64,000 bases of DNA from Ruditapes philippinarum (Eukaryota): NCBI RefSeq assembly GCF_026571515.1, contig NW_026864600.1:1-64000 (forward strand). The letters run 5' to 3'. This document shows positions 39,841 to 53,100 of the stretch, piece by piece (the first letter of the stretch is position 1; the number at the start of each line of letters is the position of its first letter). The notes under the pieces were generated by a model. It was not told the origin of the DNA. It was given only the letters and a program-made list of their open reading frames with translations, and did no database searches. A program made the position numbers and the translations under genes.

Positions 39841-39916
39841 CGTCACCTTAGTGCAATAACTAGATAACTGTTATTAAATTTAGAAGCAGTTATAACGTTA
39901 TTGCACTGATGTGACC
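39841..39916. mobile_element. 76-bp hairpin MITE with 4-bp TSD (atct) inside the satellite
   Basis: cgtcaccttagtgcaataac...gttattgcactgatgtgacc; the monomer's atct is duplicated on both sides. Confidence 0.8.
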
Positions 39917-40872
39917 ATCTGACCTATGTAAAATCATGCTCTTATTTATAACACGGAATCAAGACATCTGACCTATATTACATCATGCTGTTACCAATAA
40001 CCCGGAATCAAAACATATGACCTATACAACATCATGCTCTTATTAATAGCTCCGATTCAAGACATCTGACCTATATTATATTACATCATTTTCTTATAAA
40101 TACTTCGAAATCAAAACCTCTGACCTAAACTACATCATGCTCTTATTGATAATTCGGAATCAAAAAATCTGACCTATATCACATCATGCTCTTATTAATA
40201 ACTTTGAATCAAGACATCTGACCTATGTATCATCATGCTCTTATTAATAACTTTGAATCAAGACATCTGACATACATTATATCATGCTCATATAATGACT
40301 CGGAATCAAGACATCTGGTCTATATTACATCATGCTCTTATTAATAACCCGGAATCAAGACATCTGACCTATATTACATCATGCTCTTATTAATAACTCA
40401 GAATCAAGATATCTGACCTTTTTAACATCATGCTCTTATTAATAACTCGGAATCAAGACATCAGACCTGTATTATATCATGCTCTTATCTATTACTCGTA
40501 ACAAGACATCTGACGTATATTACATCATGCTCTTATTAATAACTCAGAATCAAGACATCTGACCTATTCTACATCATGCACTTAATAATAACTCGCAACA
40601 AGACATGTGGCATATATACTAACATCATGCTCATATAAATTACTCGGAATTAAGACATCTGACCTTAATTACATGATGCTTTTATAAATGACTCGGAATC
40701 AAGACATTTTACCTATATTACATTATGCTCTTATTAATAACTCGGAATCGAGACATCTGACCTGTATTACATCTGACCTGTATTACATCATGCTCTTATT
40801 AATAACTCGGAATCAAGATATCTGACCTATATAACATAATGCTCTTATTAATAACTTAGATTCAAGACATCT

Positions 40873-40948
40873 CGTCACCTTAGTGCAATAACTGAATAAC
40901 TGCTATTAAATTTAGAAGCAGTTATAACGTTATTGCACTTAGGTGACG
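40873..40948. mobile_element. Second 76-bp hairpin MITE, same site in the monomer
   Basis: cgtcaccttagtgcaataac...gttattgcacttaggtgacg with atct TSD. Confidence 0.85.
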
Positions 40949-43859
40949 ATCTGACCTATGTTACATCATGCTCTTATTTATAACACGGAATCAAGACATC
41001 TGACCTATATTACATCATGCTGTTACCAATAACCCGGAATCAAAACATATGACCTATATAACATCATGCTCTTATTAATAGCTCCGATTCAAGACATCTG
41101 ACCTATATTATATTACATCATGCTCTTATAAATAGCTCGAAATCAAAACATCTGACCTATATTACATCATGCTCTTATTAATAACTCGGAATCAAGACAT
41201 CTGAATTATATAACATCATGCTCTTATTAATAACTCGGAATCAAAACATCTGACCTATATGACATCATGCTCTTATTAATAACTCGGAATTATGGCATCT
41301 GACTTATATTACATCATGCTCTTATTAATAACTCTGAATTAAGACATCTTCCCTATGTATCATCATGCTCTTATTAATAACTCGGGATCAAGACGTCTGA
41401 CCTATATAACACCACGCTCTTATTAATAACTCTGAATTAAGGCAGCTGACCTATATTACATCATGCTCTTATTAATAACTCTGAATCAAGACATCTGACC
41501 TATGTATCATCATGCTCTTATTAATAACTCTGAATCAAGACATCTGACCTATATGACATTATGCTCTTATTAATAACTCTGAATCAAGACATCTGACCGA
41601 TGTATCATCATGCTCTTATTAATGAGTCGGAATCCAGACATCTGACCTATATCACATCATGCTCTTATTAATGACTCGGAATCAAGGCCTCTGGCCTATA
41701 TTTCATCATGCTCTTATTAATAACTCGGAATCAAAACATTTGACCTTTGTATCATCATGATCTTATTAATAACTCGGAATCAAGACATCTGAATTATATT
41801 AATTCATGCTCTTATTAATAACTCGTAACATGACATCTGACATTTATGACATCATGCTCTTATTAATAACTCGGAATTAAAACATCTGACCTATATCACA
41901 TTATGCTCTTATTAATAACTGTGAATCAAAACATCTGACCTATGTACCATCATGCTCTTATTAATAACTCTGAATCAAGACATCTGACATACATTATATC
42001 ATGCTCATATAATAACTCGGAATCAAGACATCTGGACTATATTACATCATGATCTTATTAATAACCTGGAATCGAGATATCTGACATATATTTTTACATC
42101 ATGCTCTTATTAATAAAAAGGATTCAACATATCTGACATAGATTACATCATTATCATAAAAATACTTCGGATTCAAGACATCTGACCTACATAACATCAT
42201 GCTCTTAGAAATAACTGGGAATCAAGACATTTGACATGTTTTACATCATGCTCTTATTAATAACTCAAATACAAGACATCTGACATATATTATTTCATTC
42301 GTTTATAAATAACTCGGAATTAAGACATCTGACCTATGTGATGTTTTATATAATTTTTATTGATAACTCGGAATCAAGTCATTTGACCTTTATTACATCA
42401 TGCTCTTATTTATATCTCGGAATCAAGACATCTGACCTATATTACATCGTGCTTTTTATTGATTACTTAGGATCAAGACATTTGACCTGTATTACATCAT
42501 GCTCTTATCAATAGCTCGGAATCAAGACATCTGACCTTTATTACATCATGCTCTTATTATAACTCGTAACAAGACATCTGACCTATATTACATCATGCTA
42601 TTGTTAATAACTCAGAATCAAGACATCTGACTTATTTTACATCATGCTCTTATTAATAACTCGGAATCAAGACATCTGGCCTATATTACATCATGCTTTT
42701 ATTAATAACTCGTAACAAGACATTTACCTATATTATTTCAAGCTTTTATAAATAACTCGGAATCAAGACATCTGGCCTAAAGAAAACAGAAACATATTAT
42801 TAAAGCAGGGAGATAACAGTCTGAATATCTGAATTAGTTTATATTTAAAGAAAGTACCACTTACCAATAATTTAAAGATGGTCTGATACTTTGAGATAAT
42901 ATCGCAGCTTTAGTTAGATTGTTTGAATTTTAAAATATAATATGAGAGTCTTAATTTGATCGATTACTATCCAAATACAATATTACAATATAAATGAAAT
43001 TGTTGAAGGGGTGGAAGTTCGTAAATTTATCATGATCTTCAGAATGCAGTGTCTGAAATTATTCGTACAATTCCAATTAAGTGACTTTTACAGGGTCACA
43101 TTTAGGAAGTGTGTTGACCGCCACAGGCGATGCATCGAATTTAATGGGGAATACTTTAAAAAGTTTTGAAAACGTGTGTGACGCTGTAAAATTATGACGG
43201 TGACGTGGATGTCATGCGTTTACCGTGCGCCATTGCAGCTGTGATTGCATTTTTTGTTGCTTGTTAATTGGCATTTGCTTTTTATATCATAATTTGTTTT
43301 ACTGTCAGTAGAGAAATGATTGATGCAAAGAAGTTCGTAGTTTTTAGTGTTCTTTTGCAACATGCATGTTTAATCAAAAAGCGACATAACAGGTTTTATT
43401 AAGTCGGTTGATATTTAAAGTTGATATCACAGTCTTTATTAGACCAGTTTAAATAGAAATACATTATGACTGTCTTAATTAGATCGATTGATACCTTTAG
43501 ATGAATATACATGAGTATAGCATATGTTAAATCATTAACTGCATTTCTTCGCCTGTTATATGTCCAGTTGAAGCTTGATGTTGTGGGAAGAATTGAACAA
43601 TTATAGAATTTCCAGTGCTTAACTTAAATCTGGTTATCTAATCTTACTGTACTAGTATACAAAAATACCGTTGACTTTTGCAGACGGAAAGGTGCTACCT
43701 GCTGTAAGTTATTAAACACATCTAATTTAACGGGAAATAACGATCTCAAGTTCGGCAAACAATATTTGGCAATACGTTTTCAACAGTTTTATTTTCTAGA
43801 AAGCATAGATAATCGATATAAGTCCCCACACAGCAATCATATACAAACACCAACAGTAT

Positions 43860-45245
43860 ATTTTTTTCTAGATGTTTAATGAAGAAGCATACAATATACA
43901 ATTGATTTACAGTTTTCACACAATACTTGTACACCATGAACAAAGAAAGTATATATTTGTCAATACATATGATATATAACCATAAAATATGTAATTGCCC
44001 TACAAGTTTCACATACTTACCATATACTATAAAAGTATATTTGTATCATAGTTTTTGGACCTTTCTGTTGAAAATGTGTCAGAGTTAAATCGTATACATA
44101 TACATGCACTGTGCGTTAACTGGAGTGCAGGTTAGTTTACCGCACTCCAGAGCATGCCCTTTGATTGGCTCATTTTTACTGGGGTTTACTTATTGTGACG
44201 ATAGAGAAAGGGAAAGCGACAGAAATTTCATATTCAGATGCTCGTGCATTGGTTACTTTTTTCTGGGGTTTCATATTGTGACAACAGGGAACTTGTTTTT
44301 ATGTTTGACTATGATACAAAAGAGAAAGAACATCAAAACACTCGGCGATCTGATTTATACTCGGGGCTACGCCCCCTCGTACAAATCAGATAGCCTCGTG
44401 TTTCGATGCTCTTTCTATTACATATTTCTATGCATGTAATTCAGAAGCATATAATATACAATTGTTTTACAGTTTTCACACAACAATTATTCAACATGAA
44501 AGTATATATTCGTCTAGGTATTTAAGTTAGAAGCATAAAATAGAGTGACAATTGTTTTACAGTTTTTACACAATAATTATACATGATGAACGATGAAAGT
44601 TTATATTTGTCAGCACATTTGATGTAGAACCATACATAATACAATTATTCAACTTGAAAGTATATATTTGTCAGCTCATTTGATGTAGAAACATATATAC
44701 AAGAGCTGTCGGTAGGAGAGCAACCCTCGACAACTCTAAGTGCTTGTAAGAGAGTCCTATTATGCTCTCAAAGAAGTGTATACAATTTCAACTTGTCTCA
44801 GTGCAAGATGTCAATGAAATATGAACATATCTGAGGTGGTACACAAATTTAAATGTAAATTCTAAGTTGAAAAAGGAGAATAATTCTGTCAAATGATTGA
44901 TACAGTTACCTCCTCCTCCTGTCTACAGGTTGGGTTATGATGGTGAACAAGTGTGCAAAGTTTCAAAGCCATATGTCAATGGACTTTGAAAATATTTGAA
45001 GTATTACAAAAACTTTAACATAAGTGGTTACGCCGACGCCAATGCTCGGGTGACTACAATAGCTCTATTTATTCTTATCGAATAGTCGAGCTAATAGTAC
45101 AATTGTTTTACAATTTTTACACAACAACCATTCAATATGAAAGTATATACAAAAATGTACATGTATTGATCTAGGCGATTAATGTAGAACAATACAACAT
45201 ACAATTGTTTTTACCATTTTCACATACCAATCATAAAAGATGAAA
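43860..45245 (+). repeat. Degenerate repeats of about 90 bp (acaattgttttacagttttcacacaa...gaaagtatatatt), interrupted by inserted elements
   Basis: The motif recurs at about 43898, 44458, 44548, 45099 and 45201. Confidence 0.65.
44699..45094 (-). mobile_element. Helentron-associated non-autonomous element (HINE/DINE-1-like)
   Basis: The minus strand begins ttagctcgactattcg...gagctattgtagtcacc...ggcgtcggcgt and ends tcgagggttgct...gacagctcttgt, the layout of such elements. It interrupts a degenerate tandem repeat. Family assignment is from recall. Confidence 0.65.
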
Positions 45246-45473
45246 AAAATATATATAATATAAACGATATAACCATACAGAATGCTATAAAATATGTGTA
45301 AATATACAAAAAGATACGTGTAATGGACTGGTGAATGATAATACAAAATATCAAACTGCTTGTATTAGTGATTAGTGATTGGACTACTTTTTGTCAAATG
45401 TGTAATTCCAATTAAACCATAGTTTAAAATCTGAAAGGATGACCTTACTTTTTTCAGAATTTCAGGTCTACCT

Positions 45474-46053
45474 CACAGGAATAAGACGCTTTGATCTGAT
45501 ATTAAGGGATTCTCTTTGCCCTTTTATAGCCGATATTCTGCCATATTTCTAATTGACTATAGTATATTATTTTTCTAATCCACAAGACACAATTCCCATT
45601 TAAAAGTTACAAAATAAAAATATTTAATTCGAAGTTCTTCCAATTTTTTAAATAAGGGGCTCTTCAATGTTATGGTGCTTAAACGTATGATGATATTATC
45701 CTAGACAGTGATTGTTTGCAATAATTTAATCACTCCAAAAGTCATGCATTTTTCCCAATATTTAACAAAGCATCGCTCAAGTTCCCAATTCCATGGGTAT
45801 GGATCATGTTCCAAAAATCCTGGAACAAACACTAGGTATTATCCCTTGCCACTTCCCTTGCATAACTAATACTATAGAGGTATAATGAAAATTATCTAAT
45901 TTTATTGATCTTATAAATAGCAAATGTTAAAAATGACTTTAATTATTTTTATATATTTTTTTTTTTAGGGGGGGGGGTCAACAGAGACTAAAGGGACTGG
46001 GGGGGTAGCAGTAACGGATCATATCTATATGATCCAAGCGTCTTATCCCTGTG
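45474..46053. mobile_element. 580-bp TIR element with CA..TG termini (P/hAT-like MITE)
   Basis: TIR cacaggaataagacgctttgatc / gatccaagcgtcttatccctgtg (21/23 match). Flanks gtctacct / gtttccct resemble a decayed 8-bp TSD. Confidence 0.7.
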
Positions 46054-46554
46054 GTTTCCCTCAGGCTATTAAACATCTTGTCCAACTTCGACACTATTTA
46101 AATGGACTGTAGCCTAAGAAACTGCATGTATACTAGTAACTGTTTTGGCCTAGCACCTTTGGTCAGGCCCCTTGTTCACAAAGAAAAGTTCAGGTTCAGG
46201 ATCAAATGATTTTTTTTCATTGTTTTATAAAACTAGAACTGATCGTAATATGCTAGGCTTTTATAATTTAATAATCACTCTTACAGAAGTTTTTTTGTTT
46301 GTTAATTAATAAAACACATTTATTGTAGAAAACACAAAGAAAATTGTGTTGAATATAAAATATGATAATGCCTCCAGCTTTTCATTGAAAATGATATTGA
46401 TTATAAAAAAATATAACAGAACAAAAAATATATTTAAACAAACACAAAAAGTTAGATGCAATTTTTTTTTCATTTCGTTTTTATAACGTGATAAGCTGCT
46501 GAAAAAGGATTAACTATTGTCTGATCAGGATAATATTTCAACTGATTATATGAT

Positions 46555-46700
46555 GTCACGTTATATAATTATGTAACATAGTTATATCCGGTGACGTGAT
46601 TTAATGTTGAAACATGATTATATGCTGTCACGTGATAATATGCTGTCACGTGATAATATGCTGTAACGTGATAATATGCAGCCACGTGATAATATGCTAT
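46555..46700 (+). repeat. 18-bp repeats (tgtcacgtgataatatgc) downstream of the gene B stop; paralogous tract at 20-75
   Basis: Direct reading. Confidence 0.85.
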
Positions 46701-46887
46701 CTGTGATACTAAGTCACTAATCTGGTAACTGAAAATAGATGAAAATGTAAATAATTCTACAACATACGTCAATCATATATAAAACTTTTATCAAACCATG
46801 TCTGATACAAAGAAAACCTGATAATTATAAAAATGTTCTTTTGAGTACGATCATTCAATTCACTGAATTTATGAAATTTTCTTCTAA

Positions 46888-47174
46888 TTACTTTTCTTTT
46901 TTTCTTCTTATCATCATTGATGACGTTCTCAATGACAAAAAGCCATTAATCCCAACATGGATGTGTCCACACCAACCATTCTCGGCATCGGAAACATTAC
47001 ATTCCGTGCCTGGCGTCGCATAATATCCATTTAGATTGACATAAGTACAATCATAACCATACCACCAGGCTCCATAATCCGTCACGGCGCAGTTCGAAAA
47101 TGCATCAGTGTCGAGATCACGATCGTAAGTTGTAAATGGCATTTTATTAGTATAAGCAAAGCCAAAGTCTGTAT
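46888..47174 (-). CDS. Gene B exon 7: FReD C-terminal (P) subdomain and stop
   Basis: CACTAG acceptor; YTDFGFAYTNKMPFTTYDRDLD...NCA...GAWWYGYDC..NLNGYY...SMMIRRKKEK*. Confidence 0.92.
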
Positions 47175-50100
47175 CTAGTGATAAAAAGACAATAATAATT
47201 AGTTCTAGCTATGTCATTATCACACTTCGTCAAGGCAGTTTGCATGTTGACAAGCCTAAATTTCAAAAACAACGATTTACTATCCATCCAATCATACGAA
47301 ACACATCAAACATTCAAACATGTATAATTTAAAGGAACTGTACGCCAATGAAGCGAATAACATTAGAAACGAGTTATGGTTTCAAAACACCAAACATGGT
47401 TGTAACCTGACGAAAGTAGCGATAAATGTTAAATTATTTGTCATTGACCTTTTGGAAAACCTAGCTAAACACAGTTTTTCGGTACGTTACGGATTTAGCT
47501 CTGAGGAATTATACCAAAAACACTAACATAACAATATTACACGATATGTCTATCTTTTTATCATTTTTTACTGTTTAAGGTGAAAAAACCTGATGTCTTT
47601 AAAAATTATCAATGCTCCTTTAAAATCTATTGCAATATTTTTCTAAACAAAAATTGTTAATAATAAAAATTAATAAAATTAAAACAGTCTCAGTGTTCAA
47701 CAATAAGAAAGAAATATTTTCTGCGGCGTTCAGCTGGATTTGCGAATCCGTGAATAGACGTAAACACAAAATATAAACAAGGTAATATTCTGACTTCAAT
47801 ACAAAATTATAAACAACTATATCTGTACCAAAAAATCAACAGATAGAACAGATGGTTTAGGTTATCAGCAAATGACTCCCTTCTGGAAATAAAAATGTTT
47901 TGAGGAAAAAAAAATTTCAAGGAATAATTTGCCTTTATAACTGTTCAATCTATATTACATTACGAATCAAATAGTCGTGAGAGATTATGTTTGCTAGCCT
48001 TAATTTTTCTATGAGAAATAGAATTTGCTTTTGTCTCAAATGTAACTGCTGTCAACCGCTTACTTTGTTTTGGTTTTAGGGATGTTGTGCTTTCCTTTAG
48101 CTAATCAAATAAAAAGATAATGATCAAAATATAAAAAGGAAAAAGAGAAATGTTATATCAGCATAAATATCTTACACTCGAATCCAGTTCTTGTGCACAA
48201 CCCAATATTAAGAGTATAATTTGTTCCTTCTGTTAACTTAAAGTCTGGACAAGTTTCATGTCCTGCTGTTCTATCATTTTTTGTCATGGCAAGACGAATC
48301 TCTGTAGAACCTGGTTCAGCTAGTTCTTGTATATACTTTAAACCTGCGAAAATATATCAAATGTAAATACAAATTTACCAAGATCTTTAGCAGAATTCAG
48401 TCTTCAACATTTCATACTACAAAATTACAAACCGTTACAACCATTATAACATTACGTTCTATTTAAGGACATTTCAACCTGCTAGGTTGCCTAATGCTTT
48501 AAACTTCAACAATTAATGTATATCAATTTACTTCAAAAACTTATTCTTATTAAGGTAGTACACCCCTAATGCACGCACTATCTCCACTAAAATAGGCTAG
48601 TATTACTGTCAAGTGTTTTGAAATTGAGGTGCGTGGGTTCAAATCCCAGAGGGGGCAACTTTTATTTTCTTTATTTTTCTTCTTTTTTTTATGAATTTCT
48701 CAGATCCTTAATGGAAGAAAAAAGTGGTTCATTTCAATTATTTAATTATTGTGGGTAATTATTTGCTAAATAATGCCAAATGTTATAGGAAATATGATAT
48801 CTGATGTTTGCAAAGTCTAAAAAATAAAAACTACATGGTAAAAGTTTTATATATTTTGCAAGGCAAACCAAAATACATTAAAGAAAAACTTAAGGCAAAC
48901 TTTTAAAACAGACCCTTATTGTGGAAAACTTTTGGGATATATCAAATAAGGCTTTTTACATAGGGCAATGGTCAAATAAGTGTTAAAAGTGGGTTGGGTA
49001 CGGTTACATTTTTATACATATTTAAAACATTTCGTTTAGGAACAATCATTTAGCTCGTTTAATTTGTTACAGAAATGTAATTGTTTGTTTCTTAACAATG
49101 AGAAATAGGAAAGCATTTTTCATAATGATGATATTATAGATTATTTAGAGTTCCCTCATTTCTGAAAAAGCCCTTCTAATGGCAAAGTTTTAGTCCCAAA
49201 AAAATGTCCATAACTCATAAGCCACACGGTAAATATTGTTTAAATGTTGCAAACAGGTGACATTTAAGGCATATAACCGCCCTATGTTGTCAATTTTAGA
49301 GTTTCTTATAGTGACCATGAGGGGTGTACTACCGTTGTACACTTCAGCAACTTTAAATGTTTATCAATACACACTTCAACAACTAACGTTTTAAATAATC
49401 TACGCACTTCAACAACTTAATATGGGTATTAATACACTTCAACAACTTTATATGTTTTTCAGTAAACCTCAACAACTTATGTATATCAAAATAGACTTTA
49501 GCAACATATGTTTTTCAATAGAATACAACAACTTAATATGTTTATTAATACACTTCAAGAACTTATATCAGAAATGCATTACGGACAACAAGAAACATTC
49601 TAAGTGTATTCGTTAATTAAACTATGTGTTTACTGTAAGCAAAATATTTGTTCCATCAGAACGGGACCCATCTTTATGTTACGCTTGCAACAAAATGCTA
49701 AGTGTTTATTTAATTGCTGTGATGTTGAACCTGAGATTACTACTCAATAACTGTACTCCGTTTGTTTTAAAATGCCAGTGGTAAAAGTAATAAAATATTT
49801 TTTCATACCTAGCCACAACTCTCCATCGACGTTCCCAAAGCCATTCTCATACTCTGTAAAGTTGCGATAAAATTCCACAGACCCGTCCATTCGCCTATGA
49901 AATATCTATAAAAATCGCAAACAGGTTGGGTGCTTTCGAATTATTTATATAATCATTTCTTAAATTAAATTCACTGTTGACATTCTATATTTAGATATGT
50001 GACGTAATCATTAAACATGTGACGTTACCACTAAAAGATCCGGCGCGCTGAAAATAAGTACGGAAATAAATCAGGGGCAATTTTGCTTAATATCGGATAC

Positions 50101-53100
50101 GCGGCATTTATCTGTTGTTGTCTTGTTAGAATCGAAATAATATATCCAAATCGTTGATTTTCTCGCTTGATTTGTCCGTCGTGATATAATTCGTCGCATC
50201 CGAACTCAAAACAGTGATGTTATTTAGCGATAAAATTCCTTTTTGGGATATATTATTTCTTGATTATACGAGTATTAAAAACAACAAACATTAAAAGGAT
50301 ATTTTGTGTTTAAGTGAAATTTGGAATATATTTTCACGAAACATGATAAAATGCAGTATATTTCACGAAAAAAAGACAAAAATAACCTTTTAATGTAATT
50401 GCATTATCAAAGATAAATGATTACAACCCCCTGGCTTGTTAAACGTCTGTACAGCGTTAATGACTGAATTATAGATATACTGATGTTCGGATTTATTATC
50501 TTAGTTAGACCATTTTCAATCATTCTAGAAAGTTTTCAAAACAAAATTCAAAACAAATTTGTTTAGCATTTTTCAGATTTTTCTAACAAAATGGCGAAAG
50601 AAGTCCTTTAAAATGAAGATGAGTTTTGACTCCGCCCACTTTCATATTTATATTTCATATTTATTTTTAGAATATATACATATGTATATATTTATTTGAT
50701 TGATAAAGCAACATATTTCATTTGTTTAATTAAATAACTATGTTATAATGTTACAGCCTGAAAATGGGAATGAAATGCAATTTGATATTGACGTCTATTT
50801 GACACTATTTGACTGTTTATTCGTACTATACGAAAAGAAACACATCATAATTGAAATGAATGTCATCACGTTAGTATGTGAACAGGCTCTTTCAAATAGA
50901 AACCTGATGTGAATAAGGAAAGAACAGTTTGCTAATCAAACATGGGAATAAAAGAATCTACATACCGTCCAACCACCACCATCTGTTTCCATGTCACAAT
51001 TCACAGTCAGAATTTTCCAAGATGTCCAAAGTTGTATCTCATATTGTCCACTTTTAGCCTCAGGAAACTTATCAAGGACTTCTTTACAATCAATTGGTAC
51101 TAAAGAAAGGTCAAAACACTATGTGTAACAAGAATAGATGATTCAAGAAAGTGTTTTCACCAATTACTTCATAAATTGTGTAACTAAAATCATCGACAAA
51201 AGAAATGTTTATCTATTATATACTTTTGTCATAATGTTTATACATAGTTGGATAAGCTAACCACATCTAAGATCTTTATGACATAATAATATATGATACA
51301 CGAAATATCTATATAATGTCAGGTCTCATATTGGTGTGTGCAATAAGTCAACGCATAAAGTTCTTAGACTATATTTTTCATGATATTTTCCTTTCCAGAA
51401 TATTAACTGATTATAAATGTGTTTAGTAAATGTGCAATGCATGATGCAAATTTGCTTCCAAATAAAACGATAATGCAAAGTGATGTAAGTTATAAAAAGA
51501 TGTATTTTAAGGCAATTGAGTAGGCCTACCACTCTCTTGTTTTGTAGAAATGAAGGCGTTATTAAAAAACAAATAGTAAATCTACCCTTAAATAAAGAAG
51601 ACCGACAGGAATAGACTATTATTTTATTTCTTTACAATAATACATTTTATAAAATACAATGCTAATAGCAATATTAGTTTAAATAGGCAAACGGAATAGA
51701 CATTTATCATCTAATAATGTCAAAATTGTCTGTCGGCATAACTGATACTATACACATTTGATTTAAAATAAAGTGTCATCTAATCCACAATTAATTGCAA
51801 TCAAACAACTGTCGTGTGGTCACACTTAACAATAGGACTATGTACATGCATTTTCCTATTTCATATTTTTCCAATCTGATATATTTATCATGTACCTTTT
51901 CTTCCTTCCTTTCTCACTTCTTTTTGTGTCACTTTTATCTATGGAGTTCCTGACCCAGAATTAATTACAACCCTGTCCCTGAACATGTATATATCCAGGG
52001 TGAGGTTCGGTTTTAATTTGTTTTCTTATACCCGAGAAGATATTTTTATCTATTTTTTCAAACTCTGGGTTTATTTTCTTCTATATAGAGCAGGCGATAT
52101 TCACTAAAATCCTGGTCCCGATCTAAATAGCTCAGACTCTTTTAATTATACATCTTCCTCTTCAACGGTAAACGAAATATTAGAGAGTTTCAATAACTCC
52201 TTATCAATTGTCCATTATAATGTCCAGAGTTTCTTCTCAAAGAAAGATATCGTACAAGGAGAACTACAACATTTTGATATAATTTCTGTCACAGAAACAT
52301 GGCTTAACATGTTGTTTCCAGAATTTAACAGCAATATAGACTCGGAATCGATCTCTTTTGAATTTTTTTCTACTCCATTTAGAAAGGACAGAGTTGCTGA
52401 TAACCATGGTGGCATTTTAGTATACGTTACAAATAGCATTCCAGCCGTAAGAAGACAAGACCTCGAGATTAGTGGTATTGAATGTATTTGGATAGAGTTA
52501 ACGATTCATCATTCGAAATTTCTTGTTGGCACCTTCTATCGCCCTCCAAATTCTCCTGCATATGTTCTCTCCAATATTGAACGATCAATTGACCTCGCCT
52601 TTGATACTAGCATTAAGAATATAATAATCACCGGTGATCTCAACTTAGATGTCTTAAAGACAGCATCATCCAAGAAACTACTTGATATAACAAATCAATA
52701 CAACATGACACAAATAATAAACGAACCAACGCATTTCACAGAATCATCTTCCTCTCTGATTGACGTTTTCCTTGTTTCTGCTTCGTGTAGTGTCCATGCT
52801 TCGGGTGTAGGTGATCCATTTCTTGAACAACAACTAAGATATCATTGCCCAGTATATTGCTTACTTAACTGTCAAAAGTCACATGCTAAATCATTTAAAC
52901 GTCTTATCTGGAAATATGATCAATGCAACTTTAATAATATGCGACGTGAAGCGGCTTCATATAACTGGGAATCCCTTGACAGTGACGATATCGATACTTA
53001 TGCTAGAAATATTACTGACACCTTGATTACATTATCAAAAACACATTCCAAACAAAATAGTTACTATAAGACAAACAGACCCTCCTTGGATGCATAATGA

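Larger units (their letters stand above)
39331..42778 (+). repeat. Satellite array, 49-bp monomer (tctgacctatattacatcatgctcttattaataactcggaatcaagaca), about 70 copies
   Basis: Direct reading; period 49 (e.g. 41151 to 41200). Confidence 0.97.

Noticed and set aside
39331-42778. CRISPR-like appearance of the repeat array with two inserts
   Set aside because: The monomers are contiguous with no unique spacers, the two inserts are the same hairpin MITE, the context is eukaryotic and there are no cas genes.
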